A stretch of DNA of 64,000 bases from Candidatus Latescibacterota bacterium (GTDB taxonomy: Bacteria > Latescibacterota > CBDEFO01). The stretch covers positions 3,808,001 to 3,872,000 of the forward strand of contig OZ252149.1 of assembly GCA_965248755.1 (NCBI GenBank), given 5' to 3'. The notes beneath the pieces were generated by a model. The model ran no database searches, was not told where the DNA came from, and saw only the letters and a list, made by a program, of their open reading frames with translations. Both the position numbers and the translations under genes were made by a program. Below, piece by piece: positions 52,206 to 61,763 of this stretch (positions within the stretch are counted from its first letter, which is position 1; the number at the start of each line of letters is the position of its first letter).

Positions 52206-52556
52206 ATGAGCGACGTAACGATCTACCACAATCCTAAATGTAGTAAGAGCAGAGAAGTGCTATCTCTCCTTAAAGAACGGGGGATAGATCCTCATATCAT
52301 ACACTACTTGGAGACACCACCCGATGCTAAAAGCTTAGATGTGATCTTGAAGATGCTCGATATGGAGCCAAAAGACCTTATGCGCAAAAAGGAAGATGTC
52401 TACAGAAAGCTAAAGATAGATGACAGAGATCTCAGCAGGCAGGAGTCGATCCAGATAATAGTGGATAATCCTATTCTGATAGAGCGTCCTATCGTGGTAA
52501 AGGGGAACCGCGCAGCAATTGGCAGACCTGCTGAAAAGGTTCTGGCAATACTATGA
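52206..52556 (+). CDS. arsC: ArsC family (glutaredoxin-type) reductase
   Basis: YHNP.CSKSR, LIERP, IGRP. Confidence 0.85.
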   Translation: MSDVTIYHNPKCSKSREVLSLLKERGIDPHIIHYLETPPDAKSLDVILKMLDMEPKDLMRKKEDVYRKLKIDDRDLSRQESIQIIVDNPILIERPIVVKGNRAAIGRPAEKVLAIL

Positions 52557-52585
52557 AGTATTTTGTCCTTTTGGAGCAAAAATTG

Positions 52586-52614
52586 TTGCCTTCTAATCCC
52601 CCTTTCTCTATAAT
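52586..52614 (+). promoter_or_regulatory. Promoter of tRNA-Leu
   Basis: TTGCCT-17-TATAAT. Confidence 0.55.
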
Positions 52615-52653
52615 TAGAAGTACTGACTGCTGTGTATAGAAATTATGCTATCT

Positions 52654-52740
52654 GCCGAAGTGGTGAAATTGGTAGACACACTGGTTTCAGGGACCAGCGG
52701 GGGCAACTCCATCCGGGTTCGAGTCCCGGCTTCGGCACCA
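52654..52740 (+). tRNA. tRNA-Leu(CAG)
   Basis: Acceptor gccgaag/cttcggc, anticodon arm ctggt-ttCAGgg-accag, long variable arm, GGTTCGAGTCC, encoded CCA. Confidence 0.95.
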
Positions 52741-52937
52741 ATAAGAACAAAAATTTACACATTGTCTACCGATCAGAAAAGTTAGCGTCCGGCTGTCCTT
52801 CTTTATTCTCAAAGACCGTATAGTCCGCACAGATCGAAGTCACCCCAGATCAAGCAGTAAGGCACAGTGGCAAAACTCGCATTCATCCTCCATGTCATGA
52901 CAGCAGAGATTGGACATTTTCTCCTGGAAACATAGAA

Positions 52938-54374
52938 ATGACGAACCTCAACGAATATGTAAATCCCTTGGTCGAAAGGTATGCAAGCGGAGAGATGATA
53001 TACAACTTCTCCCACAATAGGACCCTTTCGACTCAACGGGATCTCTGGATAGCCCTCGCTGAGTCCCAGAAGGAATTGGGTCTTCCTATAACGGATGAGC
53101 AGATTACGGAACTCAAGCTCCACAAAGACGATATCAACTACGAGGAGATAATAAGAAAGGAAAAAGAAGTCCGTCATGACATTGTGGCGCGCATCTACGC
53201 GTACGGACTCCAGTGTCCCAAGGCAAAGCCTATCATACACCTGGGAGCTACCAGTGCCTTCATAACTGATAATCTGGATCTCATCGTAATGAGAGACGGA
53301 CTCCTCATAATAAGAAAGAAACTCCTCAACGTCATCTCTGCCCTCAGAGACTTTGCGCTTGAGCACAAAGATCTCCCCACACTCTCGTTCACGCACTTCC
53401 AGCCTGCGCAATTGACCACAGTCGGAAAGAGAGCTTCGCTCTGGCTTCACGACCTCCTGATAGACTTTCACGATATCGAACACAGAACAGAGGTTCTCAA
53501 ATTCCGAGGAGTCAAAGGGACTACAGGCACGCAGGCGAGCTTCCTTGTGATATTCGATGGAGATGAGGAGAAGGTCAAGAAGCTGGATTCTACGGTAGCT
53601 CAAAAGATGGGCTTTGAAGGCTCCCTGCCGATCACGGGACAGACCTATACAAGGAAAATAGACAGCCAGATAGCGGGTCTGCTGTCGGGAATATCCCAAA
53701 GTGCCCATAAGTTCGGAAACGACATAAGGATCCTTCAGGGCTTAAAAGAGATCGAGGAGCCTTTTGAGAAGGATCAGGTGGGCTCGTCGGTCATGGCATA
53801 CAAGCGCAATCCTATGAGATGCGAGAGGATATGCGCGCTTTCCCGTTACGTCATAACTACCTCACAGAGTCCCGATTTCACAGCGGCCTCGCAATGGCTG
53901 GAAAGAACACTGGATGACTCGGCAAACAAAAGGATCACGATCCCAGAGATGTTCTTGGCCGTAGATGCGATTCTAATTCTGCTTCTGAACGTCACAACGG
54001 GATTAGTCGTTTATCCCAGGATGATAGAGAGACATATCCGCGAAGAGCTCCCCTTCATGGCTACTGAGAATATCATAGTGGAGATGGTCAAGAGGGGAGG
54101 GGATAGACAGGAGGCTCACGAAAGGATAAGAAAACACTCTATGGAAGCAGGTCGCAGGGTTAAAGAGGATGGCCTTGACAACGATTTCTTGGACCGCATC
54201 TCGAAAGACCCCTATTTCGACGTCACAGAGGCAGAACTTCTATCCATAACAGATCCTAAATCCTTCATAGGAAGAGCTCCGTCCCAGGTTAAAGAGTTTG
54301 TTCAGAACGAAGTAGATCCCATACTCGAAGAGAACAGTGAACTTCTGGGCATAAAGGCCGAGCTGAGAGTATAA
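52938..54374 (+). CDS. purB: Adenylosuccinate lyase
   Basis: HLGATS, THFQPAQ, GSS.MAYKRNP, LERTLDDSA. Confidence 0.95.
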   Translation: MTNLNEYVNPLVERYASGEMIYNFSHNRTLSTQRDLWIALAESQKELGLPITDEQITELKLHKDDINYEEIIRKEKEVRHDIVARIYAYGLQCPKAKPIIHLGATSAFITDNLDLIVMRDGLLIIRKKLLNVISALRDFALEHKDLPTLSFTHFQPAQLTTVGKRASLWLHDLLIDFHDIEHRTEVLKFRGVKGTTGTQASFLVIFDGDEEKVKKLDSTVAQKMGFEGSLPITGQTYTRKIDSQIAGLLSGISQSAHKFGNDIRILQGLKEIEEPFEKDQVGSSVMAYKRNPMRCERICALSRYVITTSQSPDFTAASQWLERTLDDSANKRITIPEMFLAVDAILILLLNVTTGLVVYPRMIERHIREELPFMATENIIVEMVKRGGDRQEAHERIRKHSMEAGRRVKEDGLDNDFLDRISKDPYFDVTEAELLSITDPKSFIGRAPSQVKEFVQNEVDPILEENSELLGIKAELRV

Positions 54375-54386
54375 GGGTAAGAAAGA

Positions 54387-54483
54387 GTAGACAGTAGTCC
54401 CCGATCGCATCAATCGGGGACTATCGGGGATTCAATCCGGGGTAAACAGGGCATGGCTACCCATCCCTGTATGCTTTCTACTT
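54387..54483. repeat. GTAGACAG-family repeat with multiply nested 23-bp elements (54398-54442)
   Basis: gtag[tccccgatcgcatcaatcgggga ctatcgggga ttcaatccgggg]taaacagggc. Confidence 0.85.
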
Positions 54484-54500
54484 ATTTAGAGAGGACTTGT

Positions 54501-55859
54501 GTGTCCAGCTATTCATCTGAGAGGATGAGGCGCGACGGATATGAGATATTCAAGGCCGCTGTGCGGGCTGCAGATCCTGTCCAATGCGTAAGGAGAATAG
54601 TTCAATTTGACGGCGAGAGGATAAAGCTGGATGACACACAGCGGTCCCTTTGCATCGAATATTCCATTTGTGATCTGTCCAGAATCGTAGTGGTGGGAAC
54701 GGGGAAAGCCTCGACTCAGATGGCGCGAGCCTTAGAAGATATACTGGGAGACTGCATAACAGGAGGAGTGATAAACACCAAGTACCACCATGCTGTGGAT
54801 CTTCACAGGATAGAGGTGGTCGAATGTGGACATCCAATACCTGATCGAGAGGGCGTTGCTGGAACGCGAAAGCTCTTAAAGCTCCTCTGCCAGTTGGACG
54901 ACAAAGCCCTGGTCTTTTGCATGATCTCCGGCGGCGGTTCAGCCCTTATGCCCGCACCCGCCGATGGCCTGACACTATCTGAAAAACAAAAGACCACACA
55001 GCTCCTCTTGGAATGTGGAGCTACTATCTTTGAACTAAACGCAATAAGAAAACACCTGTCATCTGTCAAAGGCGGAGAGTTGGCAAGAGCCGCCTATCCC
55101 GCGAAGATCGCTTCTCTTATCCTCTCCGACGTAATCGGAGATCCCACGGACGTAATAGCATCAGGGCCCACAGCTCCGGATGAGAGCACATTTTTAGATT
55201 GTGTAGAGATACTTGAAAAATATAAGATGACAGATCAGCTTCCCCCAAAAGTGCTCCAGAGGCTCAGGCGCGGAGCTGACGGGGACATAGAAGAAACTCC
55301 CCAAAAGGACGACAGAATCTTTGCAAACTGCACAAATCTAATTGTAGGGAATAATCGTCTGTCCGTGGATGCTGCCAAAGACGTGGCCTCTCAACTTGGA
55401 TACAACACGCTCGTCCTTTCCACAAGGGTAGAGGGGGAAACTAAAGAAATAGCCAAAATGCACACGGCTATAGCCGTAGAAATTGCGTCTTCAAGGGTTC
55501 CTATCTCTCCGCCCGCTTGCGTCATAACGGGGGGCGAGACCACAGTTACAGTAAGGGGAAAGGGAAAAGGAGGAAGGAACCAGGAGTTTGTATTAGCGTC
55601 TGCCCTGGAGGTTCAGGACTGGCATAATATTGTAGTACTGAGCGCTGGAACCGACGGAACTGACGGCCCCACCGACGCCGCGGGAGCGATAGCGGATGGA
55701 AGCACAGTAAGAAGGGCTGAACAAATAGGATTATCCCCTGCAGAATACCTCAGAGACAACGACTCCTACGACTTCTTTAAGCCTTTAGACGACCTCATAA
55801 TAACCGGTCCCACCGGCACAAATGTGATGGACATAAGGTTGATGATGATCGGGGATTAG
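54501..55859 (+). CDS. Glycerate 2-kinase (TtuD/GckA, MOFRL family)
   Basis: GKA, ISGGGSAL, SDV.GD, GGETTV, GGRNQE, GTDG.DG, TGTNV.D. Confidence 0.92.
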   Translation: MSSYSSERMRRDGYEIFKAAVRAADPVQCVRRIVQFDGERIKLDDTQRSLCIEYSICDLSRIVVVGTGKASTQMARALEDILGDCITGGVINTKYHHAVDLHRIEVVECGHPIPDREGVAGTRKLLKLLCQLDDKALVFCMISGGGSALMPAPADGLTLSEKQKTTQLLLECGATIFELNAIRKHLSSVKGGELARAAYPAKIASLILSDVIGDPTDVIASGPTAPDESTFLDCVEILEKYKMTDQLPPKVLQRLRRGADGDIEETPQKDDRIFANCTNLIVGNNRLSVDAAKDVASQLGYNTLVLSTRVEGETKEIAKMHTAIAVEIASSRVPISPPACVITGGETTVTVRGKGKGGRNQEFVLASALEVQDWHNIVVLSAGTDGTDGPTDAAGAIADGSTVRRAEQIGLSPAEYLRDNDSYDFFKPLDDLIITGPTGTNVMDIRLMMIGD

Positions 55860-55998
55860 GTCCTTATCTTTCCTTATATGTGATTTCCCTTATCTGGGAT
55901 AGTTGATCTTCCGAATCTTTGAATAGTTGTCAGCAAGCAAACTGCCGACTTTACCAAAACTGAGTAGTTTGCAATTATTTTAGACTGAGAAATTTTCA

Positions 55999-56027
55999 TT
56001 GACATCCAACATTTTCTTCCTTATCTT
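55999..56027 (+). promoter_or_regulatory. Sigma70-type promoter
   Basis: TTGACA-17-TATCTT upstream of the aldolase gene. Confidence 0.5.
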
Positions 56028-56210
56028 ACGTTAAAGTCTATACGTGCATATTCAGGAATTCGCAAACACACAAATCGTTATGCCTCCTGCTGGAATTCAT
56101 TGATAAAAGTAAGATGAATGTCAAACTCCCCTGACTACATTGGAGAAGAAGGGGAACATTGCCAGGGGCAGTTGTTCATAGTGATGATGACTACATTTAG
56201 GAGCTAAATT

Positions 56211-56999
56211 ATGAGACCAAACAAACTTCGAGAGCTTTTGACTGCTGGGGAACCAACTATCGGCACTCATGTCCTCAACACCTGGCCGTCCATCGTCGAG
56301 TTCGTCGGACACACCGGTATGTTTGACTACGTTGAATTTGTGGCCGAGTACGCCCCGTTTGACCTGTATGCCCTTGACAATCTTTGTAGATCGGCTGAAC
56401 TGTTCGGCATGTCCAGCATGATCAAGGTTGACCAGGAACCCCGCGGTTTCCTCGCTCAACGCGCAATCGGATCTGGTTTCCAGAGCGTTTTGTTCGCCGA
56501 TTGTCGGTCGGTCGAAGAAGTGCGAGAGTGTGTTCGTATCGCTCGTCCCGATACACCCGAGGATAACGGCACGTATGGTGTTGCGACGCGCCGCTTCTCC
56601 TACATGGGGTACGGCGGAGCACCTGAGTACATTCAGGCACTTCGGGATGTCGTCGTGGTACTTATGATTGAGAAGAAGGGGGCTGTAGATCAGATAGAGG
56701 AAGTTCTGTCGGTGGAGGGTGTAGATATGATCCAGTGGGGTCCGTCGGACTATTCTATGAACGTCGGTCGGCCAGGCCAGGGTGGCTCACCGGAAATCAA
56801 AGCGATCGAGCGCAAGGTATGTGAAACCGCGGTTAAGATGGGTGTGCCGCCGCGCGCTGAGATCGGAAGCATTGATCAGGCTAAATACTATCTCGATTTG
56901 GGAGTACGCCATTTCTGTATCGGTACCGACATATCTATTCTATACGAATGGTGGAAGGTCAACGGTGAGGGCTTGCGGAAAGTGATATCCGATGCGTAG
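56211..56999 (+). CDS. HpcH/HpaI aldolase family protein
   Basis: N.L...L..GE...G, MIE, GP.D.S. Confidence 0.85.
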   Translation: MRPNKLRELLTAGEPTIGTHVLNTWPSIVEFVGHTGMFDYVEFVAEYAPFDLYALDNLCRSAELFGMSSMIKVDQEPRGFLAQRAIGSGFQSVLFADCRSVEEVRECVRIARPDTPEDNGTYGVATRRFSYMGYGGAPEYIQALRDVVVVLMIEKKGAVDQIEEVLSVEGVDMIQWGPSDYSMNVGRPGQGGSPEIKAIERKVCETAVKMGVPPRAEIGSIDQAKYYLDLGVRHFCIGTDISILYEWWKVNGEGLRKVISDA

Positions 57000-57175
57000 G
57001 CCATATGGCGTCCATAATAATTCGCAAAAGCTGAGACGCTGCAGGCGGATGCCTTTGTTGGCGGTCCTAGTTGCCAAGTCATCCGTTGCGTTGTTAGGTG
57101 ACGTAGCAATCCCCCTTGCGACTTAGCTCGGGCCCGTACGACAAATTTCCACAAGAGCTCAGAAAGTATTGAATA

Positions 57176-57211
57176 CAAAGCCCGTCAGACATCAATGACG
57201 GGCTTTGCTTT
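57176..57211. terminator. Intrinsic terminator between convergent genes
   Basis: caaagcccgtca-8-tgacgggctttg perfect stem. Confidence 0.7.
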
Positions 57212-57349
57212 GGTCATTTAAATACTGCTCACTTTAGAAAAGTGGACAATCCCTAAAAAGGCCTGTGGACTGCTCTGTCTACTGGGCAAGGTTAGTTCGC
57301 CCCTACTGTCTTTCCCTTTTCCCTGTCTACTGTTTGCTGCCTACTTATT

Positions 57350-58294
57350 TCAGTCTATGTCGTATGCGTAGTTCCGGGCGAAGAACTTCAGAGGGTCTTC
57401 GTATTTTCCATTGTGCTTGACTGCATAGTGGAGATGCGGGGCTGTACTGCGCCCGCTCCTTCCCATCTCTCCGATCTGCTGCCACCTTTGGATATCTTGA
57501 CCCTTCTTCACAAGTATCTTATCGAGATGACCGTAGATAGTGGTATATCCGTACTTGTGTTCTAATATTATGTACCAGCCCAACCATGTGTTACTTCCAG
57601 TTGCGCTTACCATACCGTCCGCCGTGGAATATATAGGCGTCCCTTTTCTGCCTGCGATGTCGATCCCATTGTGTTTGAGTTTTTTGCCTTTGAAAGGATC
57701 TGTCCTGAATCCGAATCCTGAGGAGATATAAGAGCCTGGACCTGTGGGATCAATCGACGGAGTATAGTCCAACCTGTCTTTATCGTTATTCAGCTTATCA
57801 GCAATCTCCTGAAAGCTTTGATGTTCCAGGTCAGCTTCTCTTAAGAGTTGATCCAAATCTATCTTGACTTCCTTTACAAGATAGCCGGCCATAGGCGGTA
57901 GACTGTAGTTGTCAGCATCCTCCAATATGGCATCCTCTCCACCTCCGATGCCCATCATTCTCGTGTCGCCATCTATGGAAGGAAGGTCTGCTAAAATCCT
58001 CAGCTTTTCGTCCTCTCTGACCAGCCCCGCCATCTTCTGCTTCAAAAGATTGAGTTCTACTCCGATATCCTCAAGCTCATTCATCAAAGAGCCGTTTTCG
58101 GCTGTGGCTCTTCCGATTTGCTTCTCTTGACTTACCTTGTCGAAATATCCGAAAGCAAAGAATAACAGCGATAGAACCATCGCTCCCAAAATTGTGGTTG
58201 CCCCCCACAAGAGCCGATGAGAGATTCTTAAACTTTTGGGTTCATCAACGCCCCCTTGTGGGATAACCATCAACGTCAGGTGTTTTCTTGCCAT
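57350..58294 (-). CDS. M23 family metallopeptidase
   Basis: TM + coiled coil, H.GID, HLHY. Confidence 0.92.
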   Translation of the reverse strand: MARKHLTLMVIPQGGVDEPKSLRISHRLLWGATTILGAMVLSLLFFAFGYFDKVSQEKQIGRATAENGSLMNELEDIGVELNLLKQKMAGLVREDEKLRILADLPSIDGDTRMMGIGGGEDAILEDADNYSLPPMAGYLVKEVKIDLDQLLREADLEHQSFQEIADKLNNDKDRLDYTPSIDPTGPGSYISSGFGFRTDPFKGKKLKHNGIDIAGRKGTPIYSTADGMVSATGSNTWLGWYIILEHKYGYTTIYGHLDKILVKKGQDIQRWQQIGEMGRSGRSTAPHLHYAVKHNGKYEDPLKFFARNYAYDID

Positions 58295-58360
58295 ATGAAA
58301 TATCCCTCCCTTTTATCGATTATATTGCTTTGAAATTGGCTATTTCAAAAAAGGCGATTG

Positions 58361-58389
58361 AATATAAGGATTTTGGCGCCTGTTGTCAA
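58361..58389 (-). promoter_or_regulatory. Sigma70-type promoter of the M23 gene
   Basis: TTGACA-17-TATATT on minus strand. Confidence 0.55.
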
Positions 58390-58440
58390 GGGGCAAATTT
58401 CACTTTTTGACAATTCTGCTCTAACTGCCGACAGAACTAG

Positions 58441-58488
58441 TCCTCGATAGAACCCTCCCCGATTGCTTCTATCGAGGAGCAATCGAGA
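58441..58488. repeat. 23-bp palindromic element, nested copy
   Basis: tcctcgatagaacc[ctccccgattgcttctatcgaggag]caatcgaga. Confidence 0.8.
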
Positions 58489-58489
58489 T

Positions 58490-59467
58490 TCACCGACAGG
58501 ATTCTCGTAGGAGGGCCTCTGAAGCTTCGTAAGGATCGATTTTCCGTTCCGCCGTCTGATCTACGAGATTCTGGAGTCTTTCTTGATTCTGAGTGTCGTG
58601 TAATATCTGCGCTTTTATCCTGTCTTCGACCATCCTTACGATTTCAAACTCCATCTGCTTTCGCCGCTTTAAGGTCAAAAGTCCGTTGTTCTCTAAATAC
58701 AATCTGTGAGCGGATATACTCTTATAGAGTTTTTCTATTCCGCTCCCATTTACTGCCTCTGTGAGACACAAGGGGGGCATCCATTCTCCCATATTGGGAT
58801 TCGATTCCAACGCCGACTTTAACTCCGACGCAAGCTTCCCTGATCCGTCTCTATCGGCTTTGTTCACCACAAATATGTCAGCTATTTCCATAAGGCCTGC
58901 TTTCATGATCTGAACAGAATCCCCCGACTCCGGAACCAACACCAGGACAGCGGTATCTGCGCTTTCAGCGATGTCCAACTCCTGCTGTCCCACGCCTACA
59001 GTCTCCACTATAACGTAGTCCATACCCATAGCGTCCAGGATCCTTATTCCATCTCTTGTGGCCCTTGAAAGTCCTCCGGAGCTCTGACGGCTGCCCATGC
59101 TCCGTATGAAAACTCCCGGATCCAGATAGTGCCGCTGCATCCTAATCCTGTCTCCAAGCAGAGCACCTCCGCTGAATGGACTCGTAGCATCTACGGCGAT
59201 TATTCCTACCGTCTCTTCCTCATCCCCGATTGAATCTATCGGGGACCTAATTTCCTGGGTAAGAGCATCTACCAGCGTACTCTTGCCCGCTCCCGGAGGT
59301 CCCGTAATCCCGATCGTGTAAGCCTTTCCCGTATGGGGATAGATACTCTTCATATATTCTATAAAGTCGGGATGCCCATTTTCCGCTAAACTGATAAGGC
59401 GCGCTGCCGCACTCTTATCTCCTGAAAGGAGTCTTTTTACAAGCTTCATGAGACGATCTGCATCCAT
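58490..59467 (-). CDS. meaB: Methylmalonyl-CoA mutase-associated GTPase MeaB
   Basis: GPPGAGKST, SPFSGGALLGDRIRM, ETVGVGQ, NKAD. Confidence 0.93.
   Translation of the reverse strand: MDADRLMKLVKRLLSGDKSAAARLISLAENGHPDFIEYMKSIYPHTGKAYTIGITGPPGAGKSTLVDALTQEIRSPIDSIGDEEETVGIIAVDATSPFSGGALLGDRIRMQRHYLDPGVFIRSMGSRQSSGGLSRATRDGIRILDAMGMDYVIVETVGVGQQELDIAESADTAVLVLVPESGDSVQIMKAGLMEIADIFVVNKADRDGSGKLASELKSALESNPNMGEWMPPLCLTEAVNGSGIEKLYKSISAHRLYLENNGLLTLKRRKQMEFEIVRMVEDRIKAQILHDTQNQERLQNLVDQTAERKIDPYEASEALLRESCR
59223..59245. repeat. Consensus 23-bp element inside meaB CDS
   Basis: tccccgattgaatctatcgggga; translated SPIDSIG on the coding strand. Confidence 0.92.
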
Positions 59468-59871
59468 TACGAGAGGACATTTCTGATATACTCTATGATC
59501 TGGCCCGTATGCGTTCCGGGACTCCATATCTCCGCAACGCCCTCCTCTTTTAGGGCCTCCCTGTCCTCGGGCAGTATCGTCCCGCCCCCTATTACCAGGA
59601 TGTCGTCAGCTTGCCTTTCTTTCAAAAGAGACAATACCCTTGGGAAGATAGTCATATGAGCACCCGAAAGGACGCTTATTCCGATAATGTCCACGTCCTC
59701 CTGTATAGCGCTCTCTACGACTTCCTCCGCCGTCCGATGCAGCCCCGTATAGATGACCTCCATACCCGCATCTCTCAGAGCCCTTGCGACGACTTTCACT
59801 CCTCTGTCGTGCCCGTCCAGGCCAACCTTGGCCAGGAGTATCCTTATTCTTCTGTCTCTAGCGTCCTCCAT
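59467..59871 (-). CDS. Cobalamin-binding subunit of acyl-CoA mutase
   Basis: [18 protein letters not shown]. Confidence 0.92.
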   Translation of the reverse strand: MEDARDRRIRILLAKVGLDGHDRGVKVVARALRDAGMEVIYTGLHRTAEEVVESAIQEDVDIIGISVLSGAHMTIFPRVLSLLKERQADDILVIGGGTILPEDREALKEEGVAEIWSPGTHTGQIIEYIRNVLS

Positions 59872-59981
59872 CCTCACCGGCTTCATCTCTTTCTTGGTAG
59901 TTCTCCCTTGGGTAGTTCTCTCTTGCAGAAGTGCACTATCTTCAAGCTTGTTTCGCTGACCCTTGGCTTCACGCTGAGCTT

Positions 59982-60092
59982 CCCTGATCCCCGATAGATT
60001 CAATCGCGCACTCGCAACGACGGTTTATATGTGTCTTTTAGTACTTCACCGGCCTTCAGTCATTGCGGCGGGTAAAACCCCGAGGCAATCTC
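59982..60092. repeat. GCAATGAC-family repeat pair with the 23-bp element (59988-60010)
   Basis: ccctga tccccgatagattcaatcgcgca ctcgcaacgac ... gtcattgcgg...gcaatctc. Confidence 0.8.
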
Positions 60093-60120
60093 ATCTGTCT
60101 GATGACTACTGGCTACTTAT

Positions 60121-60588
60121 TTAGTTCTTCGATGATAAATCAGATACCTTTGGCTCGACTGACCTTTCAAAATCCTTGTACGACAACCGGATCAATTCGG
60201 TGTGGGAACCTGCGTTAAAGGCAACCTCCTCGTCTTCGGCCAGACTCTCCGCCACAAAGACTTCCATTCCGTAAAGATTTCCAAATGGTGGCATAGCACC
60301 GACTTGGCACTCTGGAAACATGTGTTCGAAGTCTTGTTCCGTGGCAACATCAACTGTTTTCGCTCCGGCAGGTTGCTTTAACCGGTCCACATCGACCCTA
60401 AGGGACGCTGCTAAGACCGCCTGTGCCATTTTGCCATCATCTTAACCATAAACTACCTTGGCCAACTCCTTTCCCGGAATGTGAGCGGATGCTGCAATCT
60501 CCATAGCGGTGTAGGCTTCAGAGTGACTGGTGGTCACGTATTTTATTGCATTGCTGTCCAGAAACTCTCGTAATTTGCGTACGGGCAT
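60121..60588 (-). pseudogene. YbaK/aminoacyl-tRNA deacylase family, 1-bp frameshift near 60440
   Basis: [11 protein letters not shown]...[11 protein letters not shown] in one frame; DGKMAQAV...GAMPPFG...FNAGSH in another. Confidence 0.75.
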
Positions 60589-60706
60589 GATTATGTGCTC
60601 CTTCTAGCTCAACTCTCCACCAGACACTTTCACTCATAAGAGGGGAGTCTGCTATAGTACTCGACGACGTTGCTCATGATAATCTTAAGTTTCTACAGCT
60701 AAATTA

Positions 60707-60890
60707 GGTAGACAGGGGCACATCCTCTCTTCACGCTGTGTTCTCGTAGGGGCAGACCCGCGTGTCTGCCCTCTAGATACGGATAAATCGGGCGAACACA
60801 TGGGTTCACCCCTACATATGCCTGCTGAAAGGGCGAGTGGACCCCCGATTCAACCTTTCGGGGGCAGGCCTCGCCCCTACATTCTATCTA
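60707..60890. repeat. GTAG-type REP cluster; one unit carries the 23-bp element (60842-60864)
   Basis: gtaggggcagac...gtctgccct; gggcgaac...cccctac; gggcgag..[cccccgattcaacctttcggggg]..ctcgcccctac. Confidence 0.8.
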
Positions 60891-60899
60891 CTCGTTTGG

Positions 60900-61763
60900 T
60901 TACCAGAGTTCAAGGCTCATCAATTCCTCACCGAAGATGATTTCGCCCCCGTAGATACGTGCGATATCTCCTATGCCCCTTTCTCTTGAGCCCGGGGCTG
61001 CAAGATGTGGTCCAGTGTGCGCGAGGATCAGTTTCTTGGCACCTGACTCCTCCGCCAATTTAGCCGCATCGAGGGTCCCTGTCTGACCTGGTGCTTCCCC
61101 GTTTTCCTCCATTGTCTCCTGGTGATCCCAACAGTTGGCTATAAGGACATCAGCGCCGCGGGCCAGCTTACTTACCGACTCGCAGGGGCCTGTATCGCTG
61201 GCAAAGACGATACAGCCTTCATCTGTATCGACTCGGTAGGCGAGTGATTCGAGCCAGGGCTCAAAATGGTGGGCGTGCGCGGCACTTACCCTCCAACTAT
61301 CATGCTCCATCACTCTTCCAGGACCCACATCGCTAACGTCCAAAGCAGGCTCAGGGCGCGGCAACGAGCCGCCGCGATTTACATGTACTCTCTGGCTGCC
61401 TGGTGCTCCCACACGCGCCTTCCAATCGTGGGAGAACGCTCCATCTGTCCCGATGATGCGCTCGGTGATCCACTCGGTAGGAGGAGGTCCCAAGACCTGT
61501 AACCTATTTTCTTTACCTGTGCTTTGGTCCCAACGGCACAGCAGGAAGCATGGATAATCGGAATTATGGTCAAAGTGGTGATGGGTAAAAAAGAGATAAT
61601 CTATCTGTGTCGGGAACAGACCCGCTTTAACGAGCTTATATGTGGCGGCTGGACCACAATCGAACATCAGATAGTCATCCTCTAACTGCAGGACAAATGA
61701 GGTCCCAAACCGCGACTTTGTGGGAGTTGGAGTGCCTGTACCAAGTAAATACAGTTTTCTCAT
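60900..61763 (-). CDS. MBL-fold metallohydrolase (RNase Z-like)
   Basis: LGTG.P, DCG, THHHFDH, SDT. Confidence 0.85.
   Translation of the reverse strand: MRKLYLLGTGTPTPTKSRFGTSFVLQLEDDYLMFDCGPAATYKLVKAGLFPTQIDYLFFTHHHFDHNSDYPCFLLCRWDQSTGKENRLQVLGPPPTEWITERIIGTDGAFSHDWKARVGAPGSQRVHVNRGGSLPRPEPALDVSDVGPGRVMEHDSWRVSAAHAHHFEPWLESLAYRVDTDEGCIVFASDTGPCESVSKLARGADVLIANCWDHQETMEENGEAPGQTGTLDAAKLAEESGAKKLILAHTGPHLAAPGSRERGIGDIARIYGGEIIFGEELMSLELW

Noticed and set aside
52654..52940. tRNA-Leu as an island integration site
   Set aside because: No integrase and no duplicated tRNA 3' end seen in the window.
52809..53708. 299-aa minus-strand ORF
   Set aside because: Antisense shadow of purB with no recognisable motifs.
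54625..54660. Possible small insertion in the glycerate kinase N-terminus
   Set aside because: The region varies naturally in length and does not match any repeat family here.
57020..57135. Possible attC site or structured RNA
   Set aside because: GTTAGGT is present, but there is no matching inverse core and no integrase.
59872..60003. N-terminal extension of the B12-binding ORF (MNLSGIRE...)
   Set aside because: It begins inside the palindromic repeat; the real start is probably 59871 or 59886.
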